The position numbers and the translations under genes were made by a program. DNA of 64,000 bases from Verrucomicrobiota bacterium (GTDB taxonomy: Bacteria > Verrucomicrobiota > Verrucomicrobiia > Verrucomicrobiales > Verrucomicrobiaceae), in NCBI GenBank assembly GCA_043758025.1, contig JAYVOH010000098.1, positions 199-64,198 of the forward strand, given 5' to 3'. The notes below the pieces were generated by a model that made no database searches, was not told where the DNA came from, and saw nothing but the letters and a program-made list of their open reading frames with translations. Position 1 is the stretch's first letter. Every line of letters begins with the position of its first letter. Positions 10,097 through 18,045 of the stretch are shown in pieces.

Positions 10097-10542
10097 CCAA
10101 AGGCAAGATAGAGTGAGCCGGTGGGCTTGAGCACGCGATGCAGTTCCAGCAGGCGGTTGGCCATCATGGTGAGGTAGGCCATCATATTGTTCTCCCCGAG
10201 GAAGGCGCGCAGAGCCTGCATCATCGCCGCGACCGCGTTGTTCCGCTGGTGCAGCAGTTCATCGAACTCCCGCTCCGCCTGCTCGCCCCAATGCCATGAG
10301 TCCTCGAAGGCGGTGATCTGCGACTGGCTGTATTCTTGTAGGGCGTCTGTGCCAGACGCCGAAGCTTTGGGTGTTTCGCCGGTTGACACAACCGGCCTAC
10401 AGATATTCTTCGGCGACTTGAAGAGGAGGTTGTAGTCCCGCTTGGAGTTGAACGGCGGATCAAGGTAGATGAGGTCCACGCTCTCCGGCGCGATGGACTC
10501 GCGCAGGACGTAAAGGTTGTCGCCGTAGTAGAGCTGGTTCAT
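10075..10542 (-). pseudogene. 5' fragment of the same disrupted N4/N6 DNA methyltransferase
   Basis: MNQLYYGDNLYVLRESIAPESVDLIYLDPPFNSKRDYN.. carries the DPPF catalytic motif IV, followed by ..AFEDSWHWG..MMAYLTMMANRLLELHRVLKPTGSLYL. Homology then stops (AFGCQETQF*) at about nt 10104, where intact family members continue with HCD... Confidence 0.7.
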
Positions 10543-10653
10543 GCCGTGCCTGTCTTTGGGCGATGCTAACCCGAATGTCAACGATGTCTGCGGGCCGAAC
10601 GCCACACTGCCTTACCTTTAGGGGGATAGCTCTGGGGAAACGCTGAACAAAGG

Positions 10654-10714
10654 GTAGAAGCGACGCCCTCGTCGCTTGCTGCACTGGGATAAGCGACGGT
10701 GGCGTCGCTTCTAC
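10654..10714. repeat. Twin-hairpin palindromic element (clamp GTAG/CTAC, two hairpins with identical 8-bp stems AAGCGACG/CGTCGCTT)
   Basis: Hairpin A is 10658-10677 (loop CCCT) and hairpin B is 10691-10710 (loop GTGG). The outer 14-nt arms 10654-10667 and 10701-10714 are perfectly complementary. Confidence 0.7.
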
Positions 10715-10789
10715 TTGCGATTAATCAGCGCTTCCCAGTGCGGGCTAACAAGTTCGTGCCCTTGGCAGCGAGCGGAGTTTTTTTGCAGC

Positions 10790-10830
10790 GCACGCGCCCT
10801 CGCGTGCCAAAGTCCGCGCCTCCGCGGACT
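10790..10830. repeat. Two adjacent GC-rich hairpins with C-rich tetraloops
   Basis: GCACGCG-CCCT-CGCGTGC (10790-10807) and AGTCCGCG-CCTC-CGCGGACT (10811-10830). Confidence 0.6.
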
Positions 10831-10903
10831 CCCTGCGGATGCCACTTGTTGTTGGATCATCGAGGGCTTGCGCTTCGCGAGGGCGCAAAGGGCCGCACGC
10901 GAG

Positions 10904-10927
10904 GCTGCGCCGGAAAAGGCGCTGAAC
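10904..10927. repeat. Direct repeat copy 2 (24 nt) closing the restriction-modification islet
   Basis: Perfect match to 7912-7935. Confidence 0.9.
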
Positions 10928-11001
10928 TTGGGAGCAGTCTCTTTGATTCACACGGGAATATTTTCTTGCTGACAACCCGCGCGGCGTGTGTTCAGTAACC
11001 T

Positions 11002-12459
11002 ATGGGCGATCTATCGTTATCTTTGTCATTCGATGACGTGCTTCTCCTCCCGGCCAAAAGCTCCGTGCTGCCGGGAGATGTGGAACTGGGCACGCAACTC
11101 ACGCCGCTCCTGCGGCTTCATATTCCCGTGCTGTCCTCTGCCATGGACACGGTCACGGAAAGCGAGCTGGCCATCGCGCTCGCTCGCGAGGGCGGCATGG
11201 GCGTGATTCACCGCGCATGTCCGATTGACTACCAGGTCGAGCAAGTCGCGCGGGTGAAGCGCTCGGAAAACACTGTTATTCACGACCCGCTGACCGTAAG
11301 GCCGGACATGACCTTGAGCGAAGTGACGCAGTTGATGCGCGAGCGCGGCGTGAGCGGCTTCCCCGTTGTCGATCAGAGCAATGTTCTCGTCGGCATGGTG
11401 ACGAGTCGCGACATGTGGTATATCGAGGACGATAACACACCCGTGAGCGAAGTGATGACGCCGCGCGAACGGCTGGCCACGGGCACACCGACGACCACGC
11501 AAGAGGAGGCGCTGAAGCAAATCTTCGTGCATCGCATTGAAAAACTTCCGCTGGTGGACAGCGCCGGACGACTCGCCGGATTGATCACGAAGCAGGATAT
11601 CGGGAAGATGCAAACCTTCACCAACGCCGCAAAAGATTCACATGGTCGCCTGCGTGTGGGCGCTGCCGTCGGCGTAAGCGAGGACTGCGTGCAGCGCGCG
11701 CTCTTGCTGCAAGCCGCGGGCGCGGATGCCGTGTTCATTGATGCCGCTACTGGTCACACAGATCGAGTGCTCAAGGTCATCTCGCAATTGCGCGAAGCCT
11801 TGGGCGAAAGGACGCCGATTGTGGCGGGCAACGTGGTCACGAAAGATGGCGCGAAAGATTTGTGCAATGCCGGCGCGTCAGCCATCAAGGTCGGCGTCGG
11901 CCCCGGTTCCATTTGCACCACGCGCATTATCTCCGGCGTGGGCATGCCGCAATTCACCGCTGTGCAGGAAGTCGCGGAAGTATGCCGCCCGCGCGGGGTG
12001 GCGGTCATTTCCGATGGCGGCATCCGTTACTCCGGCGACGTGGTCAAGGCCATCGCTGCGGGCGCAGACTGCGTCATGATCGGTTCTATTCTCGCGGGCA
12101 CGGCGGAAAGCCCCGGCGCGATGGTTCGCTGGCAAGGCCGCACTTTCAAAGAGTATCGCGGCATGGGTTCGCTCAAGGCGATGCGCAAGGGCGCGGGCGA
12201 CCGTTACGGCCAGAACTCATCCGGCAAGCTGGTGCCCGAAGGTGTGGAAGCGCGCGTGCCTTACAAAGGCCCGCTCAGCGAAGTCGTCTTCCAGCTCATG
12301 GGCGGTCTGCGCAGCGGCATGGGTTATGTCGGTGCCAACAATCTCGATGAACTGCGCAGCAAGGCGCGCTTCGTGCGCATCACCGCCGGCGGACTCAAGG
12401 AAAGCCATCCGCACGACATTCTGATCACCGAGGAACCGGTTAACTACGAGGTGGGCTAA
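11002..12459 (+). CDS. guaB: IMP dehydrogenase
   Basis: [10 protein letters not shown] start, tandem CBS region, catalytic loop [11 protein letters not shown], and ..GMGS..; length 485 aa. Confidence 0.95.
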   Translation: MGDLSLSLSFDDVLLLPAKSSVLPGDVELGTQLTPLLRLHIPVLSSAMDTVTESELAIALAREGGMGVIHRACPIDYQVEQVARVKRSENTVIHDPLTVRPDMTLSEVTQLMRERGVSGFPVVDQSNVLVGMVTSRDMWYIEDDNTPVSEVMTPRERLATGTPTTTQEEALKQIFVHRIEKLPLVDSAGRLAGLITKQDIGKMQTFTNAAKDSHGRLRVGAAVGVSEDCVQRALLLQAAGADAVFIDAATGHTDRVLKVISQLREALGERTPIVAGNVVTKDGAKDLCNAGASAIKVGVGPGSICTTRIISGVGMPQFTAVQEVAEVCRPRGVAVISDGGIRYSGDVVKAIAAGADCVMIGSILAGTAESPGAMVRWQGRTFKEYRGMGSLKAMRKGAGDRYGQNSSGKLVPEGVEARVPYKGPLSEVVFQLMGGLRSGMGYVGANNLDELRSKARFVRITAGGLKESHPHDILITEEPVNYEVG

Positions 12460-12468
12460 GCCTGTCGC

Positions 12469-13305
12469 ATGATCCAAACCGGCAAATGGAACAAGCTCCG
12501 CATTTTGCGTGAGACAAGCTCCGGGCTGTTCCTTGATGGCGGCACCGAAGGCGAAATTCTTCTGCCGGGACGTTACATCCCGGCCCGTGGCTTTCCCGGC
12601 GCAGAGGCGGACGTTTTTATTTACCGCGACTCAAAGGACTGGCTCATCGCGACCACGGAAACACCGAAGGCAACAGTCGGCGAGTTTGCAGCGCTGGACG
12701 TGAAGGATTTCAAGCCCGGCGTTGGCGCGTTTCTTGATTGGGGTCTTCCAAAGGACTTGCTGCTGCCACTCAACAATATTCGGATCCCGGCGCGCCCCGG
12801 CGAGCGGGTGGTGGTTTATGTTTATCTCGACGAAGCAACAGACCGCATTGTGGCCACGACCAAGTTCGACCATTACCTTGATCTGTCACCACCACCCTAC
12901 AAGGAGGGCGACAGCGTGGATTTGCTTATCGAAAGCGAAACCCCGCTCGGATGGGGTGCGATCATTGATAGTAAGCATCGTGGTCTGATTTATCAGGGCG
13001 AGACGGGTGCGGCGCCACGCATCGGCGACCGCGTGAAGGGCTTCGTGCGCGAGGTGCGCCCCGATGGGAAAATCGATCTCGGCCTTGATGATGCCGGCTA
13101 TCAGCGCATCGCGCCGCTTTCGGAACAGATCATCGAAAAACTCAAAGCCGCCGGTGGAAGCCTTCCCTATCACGACAAAAGCACGCCGGAGGAAATTCGC
13201 ACCGCATTTGGTTGCAGCAAGAAAGCGTTCAAGCAGGCGCTCGGCGCGCTCTACAGCGAAAAGCGCATCCGCATCGCGAACGGCGGCTTTGAACTTCCCG
13301 GCTGA
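12469..13305 (+). CDS. S1 RNA-binding domain protein, CvfB/YitL family
   Basis: Repeated S1-like segments (..GAFLDWGLPKDLLLP..) and a C-terminal winged-helix-like tail. 278 aa, typical of CvfB. Confidence 0.7.
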   Translation: MIQTGKWNKLRILRETSSGLFLDGGTEGEILLPGRYIPARGFPGAEADVFIYRDSKDWLIATTETPKATVGEFAALDVKDFKPGVGAFLDWGLPKDLLLPLNNIRIPARPGERVVVYVYLDEATDRIVATTKFDHYLDLSPPPYKEGDSVDLLIESETPLGWGAIIDSKHRGLIYQGETGAAPRIGDRVKGFVREVRPDGKIDLGLDDAGYQRIAPLSEQIIEKLKAAGGSLPYHDKSTPEEIRTAFGCSKKAFKQALGALYSEKRIRIANGGFELPG

Positions 13306-13375
13306 GGGCACCAACACGCAAGATTCCCCCTTTGACACACAGCCAGTCTGAGCGAATGACTGCTGCCTTCCTATT

Positions 13376-14899
13376 ATGATGATCGAAGGCGAAGTTTCTG
13401 TTCTGGATTATGGCTCGCAATACAGCCAGCTCATTGTCCGCCGCGTCCGCGAGCTGGGATTTGTCTCGCATCTTTATCCGCCTGCGCGGCTGGGCGAACT
13501 GAACAAACCGGGTGCCATCATCCTCAGCGGCGGCCCGCGCAGCACGAGCGAGAAGGATGCGCCGGACGTGGATTTTGCGAAGCTGAACTCGTTCAGCGTG
13601 CCAGTGCTCGGTGTCTGCTACGGCATGCAATTGCTCAACATCAAACACGGCGGCACGGTGAAGCCCGGCGTCACGCGCGAGTATGGACCAGCCAAGCTTG
13701 TAGTCGCGCAGGACTGCGCGTTGTTCAAAGGCGTATCGCACGAGTCCCAGGTGTGGATGAGCCACAGCGACACCTGCCAGGATCGCGGCGGCGAGACCAA
13801 GGTCATCGCGACCAATGAAGACGGCGTGCCCGTGGCTCTGCAATGGAGCTCGACTTGCTTCGGCATTCAATTCCACCCGGAGGTCACGCACTCGCACGAA
13901 GGCACGGCCATCCTGCGCAACTTCCTCACCAATACCGGCGCGAAACTAGCGAAGTTCGACATCCAAGCCTTCAAGACGCAGATGCTGGAGCAGATCAAAC
14001 ACGATGTCGGCAATCGCGAAGTAATCTGCGGCGTTAGCGGCGGCGTTGATTCGACCGTGCTCGCCGTGCTGTTACAGCGTGCGAGCGTAAAAGTGCGCGC
14101 GATCTACATCGACAACGGCCTGATGCGTCTGAACGAAACGGCCGAAGTGATAGCGCAATTTGTAGAAGTCGGCGTCCCCATTGAAGTCATCGATGCCAGC
14201 AAGCGTTTCCTCGATGCGCTAAAAGGCGTGACCGATCCCGAGCAGAAGCGCAAGATCATCGGCACTATGTTTGTCGATGTGTTCTGGGGCGTGGCCGACA
14301 ATGTGGAGCTGCTCGCACAGGGCACGCTTTATCCCGACGTGATCGAAAGCGCCACCAGCGGCAGCATTGCCAGCGTGATCAAAACGCATCACAACCGCGT
14401 GGATCGCATCATGGAACTCAAGGCGCAGGGCAAGGTGCTGGAACCGCTCGCGGAACTCTTCAAAGACGAAGTGCGCGCGCTCGGTGCGAGCCTCGGCATC
14501 CCCCATCACGCACTGTGGCGGCATCCGTTCCCTGGGCCTGGGCTCGCCGTGCGCGTGCCTGGTGAGATCACCGAGGAGAAACTGACGATCTGCCGCGCTG
14601 CTGATGACATTTGGATCAAAGAACTGCGTCGCAGCGGCCAATACGAACGCGTGTGGCAGGCCTATGCCGCGCTGTTGCCCGTGAAAACCGTGGGCGTGAA
14701 AGGTGATGAACGAAGCTACGAAGCCGCCATCTCCCTGCGCGCCGTGATCAGCGAAGACGCCATGACCGCCGACTGGGTGGAACTCCCCTATGAAGTGCTG
14801 CGTGCCGCATCGAATAAGATCCTGAACTCGGTCAAAGGCATCAACCGCGTGCTCTACGATATTTCCACGAAGCCGCCGGCGAGCATTGAATGGGAGTGA
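13376..14899 (+). CDS. guaA: GMP synthase (glutamine-hydrolysing)
   Basis: N-terminal GATase (..VLGVCYGMQLL..FHPEV..), ATP-PPase loop GVSGGVDS, and canonical C-terminus ..KPPASIEWE*. Confidence 0.95.
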   Translation: MMIEGEVSVLDYGSQYSQLIVRRVRELGFVSHLYPPARLGELNKPGAIILSGGPRSTSEKDAPDVDFAKLNSFSVPVLGVCYGMQLLNIKHGGTVKPGVTREYGPAKLVVAQDCALFKGVSHESQVWMSHSDTCQDRGGETKVIATNEDGVPVALQWSSTCFGIQFHPEVTHSHEGTAILRNFLTNTGAKLAKFDIQAFKTQMLEQIKHDVGNREVICGVSGGVDSTVLAVLLQRASVKVRAIYIDNGLMRLNETAEVIAQFVEVGVPIEVIDASKRFLDALKGVTDPEQKRKIIGTMFVDVFWGVADNVELLAQGTLYPDVIESATSGSIASVIKTHHNRVDRIMELKAQGKVLEPLAELFKDEVRALGASLGIPHHALWRHPFPGPGLAVRVPGEITEEKLTICRAADDIWIKELRRSGQYERVWQAYAALLPVKTVGVKGDERSYEAAISLRAVISEDAMTADWVELPYEVLRAASNKILNSVKGINRVLYDISTKPPASIEWE

Positions 14900-14927
14900 G
14901 GCCGCGGGTGCCAGCGTCCTGAGTGCC

Positions 14928-15584
14928 CTAAAGCTTGTGCGACGAAGATATACGAATCCAAATTCCAGACCATCTGTCTTCCAGATATCCCATATAGTTG
15001 AACAGGTATCCCGGAGTAAATGATTGAATACCGGCTGAAGCTGTCCCGCTCTTGTCGCTGCCATATCGATAAAGTTGATCAGGTGTTCGATCAACCCCGG
15101 TATATGCCTCATATCCGAAGAACTGATTAAGGTCTTTTGCGGATAATGACCAAGGCGTTGGCCATTGGAATTCGTCACTCGGCAAGAGGCTCCTATATCG
15201 CTTGAGTAGATCAGCTATCTCATGATTCTTCTTGTTTGGCTCTTTATCTATCAACTCAAGACATGCCTTCAGGAACAATTCCGTAGCGAGATGAAGGCAG
15301 TAATAACAAACATTCGCCTGCGGCCAATCGAGGTCGTGACCAATCTCTCCGGCATCTTCGCAGAGAACTTTTGCTGCGTGGAGGAAGGCTCGACTTTGTT
15401 GATATAACCTCTCAGACGGAGAAAGTGCTTTGAAGGCCCATGATTCCACCCTCACTCCGGGCCATCGCATGTTTGCTTGGAACTGATCAACGATGTAAAG
15501 GATGCCATCACTGTCATAGTGGGCCGATACCCACGGCGGCAAATTGGTCGGCAATTCTTTTGGTTCTTGCGCATCATCTGGCAT
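14928..15584 (-). CDS. Hypothetical protein, possible HEPN-like helical domain
   Basis: 218-aa ORF in an AT-richer segment. The helices ..CYYCLHLATELFLKACLELI..KNHEIADLLKRY.. resemble HEPN helices, but no canonical Rx4-6H motif is present. Confidence 0.55.
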   Translation of the reverse strand: MPDDAQEPKELPTNLPPWVSAHYDSDGILYIVDQFQANMRWPGVRVESWAFKALSPSERLYQQSRAFLHAAKVLCEDAGEIGHDLDWPQANVCYYCLHLATELFLKACLELIDKEPNKKNHEIADLLKRYRSLLPSDEFQWPTPWSLSAKDLNQFFGYEAYTGVDRTPDQLYRYGSDKSGTASAGIQSFTPGYLFNYMGYLEDRWSGIWIRISSSHKL

Positions 15585-15816
15585 ATGGCTGGCACCCCTT
15601 TATGGGGTGCAAAATCAGTCGTTTCGTTACATTTGCAACTCTACCAATTGAGTCTCGCTATGAATCACGGGCTGCAGGCTGTCGGCGAAATGGTTGGGGT
15701 CGGTTCTCGTGATTGGGCTCCTCGCAATCAAACAAAATCTAGTGAGCATGGGTCACAAGCCCTGGCCCGCATCATCTGAATTTGTTGTGTTGGAGCATCA
15801 ACTGGCTTGTTGAAGG

Positions 15817-16077
15817 CTATTTGTAAATGTCACCACGTGGCCCAATCGCCAGAACGACGATCATGTCCTGTTCCCGGTCCCATTGGTAAATCACGCGCAG
15901 ATCGCCGTGACGCAGCCGAAGACAGCCGGTGTATTCTCCCTCCATTGGTTTGACATTGGGTGTGTTTTCGGGGTCTTGGGCAAGGGCTTCGAGCTTGGCG
16001 ATGAGCTGGGCTTTGATGCGCCCGTCCATGCGCTCCAGATATTTCCGCGCCTTCCGGTGGACGAGGATCGCGGCCAT
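15817..16077 (-). CDS. Type II toxin-antitoxin system RelE/ParE family toxin
   Basis: 86 aa; ..KARKYLERMD..I..KLEALAQDP......G.LRLRHGDLRVIYQWD....IVVLAIGPRGDIYK is the RelE/StbE pattern. It shares 1 nt with the upstream antitoxin stop (TAATG). Confidence 0.8.
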   Translation of the reverse strand: MAAILVHRKARKYLERMDGRIKAQLIAKLEALAQDPENTPNVKPMEGEYTGCLRLRHGDLRVIYQWDREQDMIVVLAIGPRGDIYK

Positions 16078-16280
16078 TATTTCAATTCCGAAAGCGGCAC
16101 GAATGCCTTGCGATTCCCGCTTCGCCAGTCCTTGATAGCTTCCTGGAGTTCTTCTGCTTCACTGGCATCCAAGTCCCAGCCCAGACGTTCGGCGAGATCT
16201 TGGTAGTCGGACCAGGCGATAATGACTTCCAGCGGCGCACCGCGCTCGTTCACGACGATCTTCTTGGGAACAGCGGTCAT
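16077..16280 (-). CDS. Antitoxin partner of RelE/ParE toxin
   Basis: 67-aa acidic ORF directly upstream of, and overlapping, the toxin gene. Confidence 0.65.
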   Translation of the reverse strand: MTAVPKKIVVNERGAPLEVIIAWSDYQDLAERLGWDLDASEAEELQEAIKDWRSGNRKAFVPLSELK

Positions 16281-16285
16281 GTCTG

Positions 16286-16314
16286 GAGTGTATTGCCTTT
16301 CTGGTGCTTTCGCA
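16286..16314 (-). promoter_or_regulatory. Candidate sigma70-type promoter of the RelE TA operon (possibly leaderless)
   Basis: The minus strand reads TTGCGA, a 17-nt spacer, TACACT, then 5 nt (CCAGA) before the ATG at 16280. Confidence 0.4.
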
Positions 16315-16368
16315 ACTACGCTTAAGGAGAAGGGCGTTGCGGTGTTGTATCCAGTCAGGCTGGCCGGA

Positions 16369-16436
16369 TCAAAGGCATCAACCGCGTGCTCTACGATATT
16401 TCCACCAAGCCTCCCGCGAGCATTGAGTGGGAGTGA
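16369..16436 (+). repeat. Duplicated guaA 3' end, copy 2 (encodes ..[19 protein letters not shown])
   Basis: Aligns with 14832-14899, the native guaA end. The first ~37 nt are identical and the remainder carries a few substitutions. There is no upstream guaA body. Confidence 0.9.
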
Positions 16437-16437
16437 A

Positions 16438-16500
16438 GTGGGTCGGCAGCCTTCTGCCGACTTTTAATTGATTGATGTCGGCGGAGGGCCGCCGACCCAC
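16438..16500. repeat. Twin-hairpin palindromic element (clamp GTGG/CCAC)
   Basis: GTCGGCAG-CCTT-CTGCCGAC (16442-16461), a 15-nt AT-rich spacer, then GTCGGCGG-AGGG-CCGCCGAC (16477-16496). Flanked by 19-nt direct repeats at 16420-16438 and 16505-16523 (16/19 match). Confidence 0.75.
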
Positions 16501-16707
16501 ATTTGCATTGCATGAGAGTGAAGCGGCGGATGTCTGCATCAAGGGTGAAAGAGCCCGGTGAATAAGGTTGACCCACAGGATTGTTGATCAGCAAAAAGAT
16601 CGGCAATTTCATCTGAATTCAAAGTTGATTAATGCCCGTAATGCCCTTATTATATATGGATTACCCCATGAACGACGCCGACAAATAGATCGGTAATTTT
16701 TACCCTC

Positions 16708-17895
16708 ATGCCCCGCTTTTACGACAATCTCTCAGACATGAAGCCGCTACTGCCTGCGGACCGTGACGGCAGTCTTGCGTCACTGGGCTGGCAGGTGGTG
16801 CGACGGGCGGAGCGGCTTGGAGGGGCGCTACATCCGGTCACGGCGCGCGGGCTGGCGCAGGTGGTGCGGGTGATGAACAGCTACTACTCTCACCTCATTG
16901 AGGGACATCACACCGCGCCGGCGGACCTGGATGCTGTGCTGCGCGGCGCGACCACTGGCAGACTGGAGCGGCGGGAGTTACAACAGCTTCACTTGGCGCA
17001 CCTGCACACGCAGTCGGAGATGGAGCAGGGTCTGGCGGCGCAGCCGGATGAGGACATCACCGAGCCAGCTTTCATTCAGAAGCTGCATGCCATTTTCTAT
17101 GACGCGCTGCCGGCCAGTGCGCGGCTGGTGAGGGGGCATGATGGGAAAAGCCACGCCGTGCCACCGGGGCAGTGGCGGGGATTCAACGTGTCCGTAGGGC
17201 AGCATCTCGCGCCGAAGCATGAAAAGCTCCCAACGTTCATGGAGCGTTTTGGCCGGTTTTATCGACCGCTGGTGGCGGACACGGGCGCCAGTCTTGTGGC
17301 CTGCGCGGCGGCGCATCACCGGCTGGCGTGGATTCATCCGTTCGCGGATGGGAACGGTCGGGTGGCGCGGCTTTTCAGCCAAGCGTGGCACTGGCGCGGC
17401 GGCGTGCATGCGCACGGGCTGTGGTCCGTCTCGCGTGGCCTGGCGCGCCGACTGGACGACTATCGCGCGGCATTGTCCGCAGCGGATGGAAAGCGCCGGC
17501 ATGATGCGGACGGGCGCGGCTATCTGTCCGAGACGGCACTGGCGGAGTTCTGCTGGTTTTATCTGGAGACCAGCGTGGACCAGCTTGATTTCATGGCGGA
17601 ACGCCTCGCCGTGGATTCATTGGCACGAAGGATCACGGGTTACGCGGAACTTTCAGAAGCCACGGGTGATCTGCCCAAAGGCAGCCGCCATCTGCTGCCG
17701 GAAGTCTCACGACGTGGTGAAATCCCGCGAGGAGACGCCGCGCGGATCATCGGCAAAAGCGCGCGCACGGCGCAGACCGTGATTCGTGGTCTGTTGGACA
17801 GCGGCCATTTCACCAGCCCCAGCGAGAAAGGTCCGCTGCGTTTGGGTTTTCCCCTCGAGGCGCTGGCGGCGTGGCTTCCGGGGTTATATGCGTGA
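16708..17895 (+). CDS. Fic family protein (AMPylase-type, auto-inhibited class)
   Basis: Fic motif HPFADGNGRVAR and an N-terminal inhibitory-helix motif SHLIEG ([S/T]xxxE[G/N]) at residues 61-66. C-terminal winged-helix-like region. Confidence 0.9.
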   Translation: MPRFYDNLSDMKPLLPADRDGSLASLGWQVVRRAERLGGALHPVTARGLAQVVRVMNSYYSHLIEGHHTAPADLDAVLRGATTGRLERRELQQLHLAHLHTQSEMEQGLAAQPDEDITEPAFIQKLHAIFYDALPASARLVRGHDGKSHAVPPGQWRGFNVSVGQHLAPKHEKLPTFMERFGRFYRPLVADTGASLVACAAAHHRLAWIHPFADGNGRVARLFSQAWHWRGGVHAHGLWSVSRGLARRLDDYRAALSAADGKRRHDADGRGYLSETALAEFCWFYLETSVDQLDFMAERLAVDSLARRITGYAELSEATGDLPKGSRHLLPEVSRRGEIPRGDAARIIGKSARTAQTVIRGLLDSGHFTSPSEKGPLRLGFPLEALAAWLPGLYA

Positions 17896-17916
17896 GGCCT
17901 GCTGCGCGCTGCGTCG

Positions 17917-17974
17917 CATCCGCGTGCTCTACGATATTTCCGCGAAGCCGCCTGCGAGCATTGAGTGGGAGTGA
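17917..17974 (+). repeat. Duplicated guaA 3' end, copy 3 (encodes ..[17 protein letters not shown])
   Basis: Aligns with 14846-14899 and 16383-16436. Confidence 0.9.
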
Positions 17975-17986
17975 AGTGGGAGTGAA

Positions 17987-18045
17987 GTGGGTCAGCAGCC
18001 CTCTGCCGACTTCCAACTGATGTCGGCGGAGGGCCGCCGACCCAC
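17987..18045. repeat. Twin-hairpin palindromic element, second copy
   Basis: GTCAGCAG-CCCT-CTGCCGAC (one mismatch), an 11-nt spacer, then GTCGGCGG-AGGG-CCGCCGAC. Flanked by 19-nt direct repeats GCATTGAGTGG(G/A)AGTGAAG at 17958-17976 and 18050-18068 (18/19 match). Confidence 0.75.

Noticed and set aside
10676-10998. ORFs of ~98 aa (10676-10972, 10699-10998, 10745-10975) in the islet-to-guaB spacer
   Set aside because: The region is packed with GC-rich hairpins and the 24-bp repeat. The translations are Arg/Cys/Ala-rich with no motifs, so the DNA is more likely non-coding.
13229-15178. Long minus-strand ORFs (13229-13897, 14219-15178) opposite guaA
   Set aside because: They are antisense to an unambiguous guaA and their translations have biased composition.
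17786-17974. 62-aa ORF ending in ..[16 protein letters not shown]
   Set aside because: Only its last ~18 codons are guaA-like. It is an orphan duplicated guaA 3' end fused to unrelated sequence that overlaps the Fic gene end, not an independent gene.
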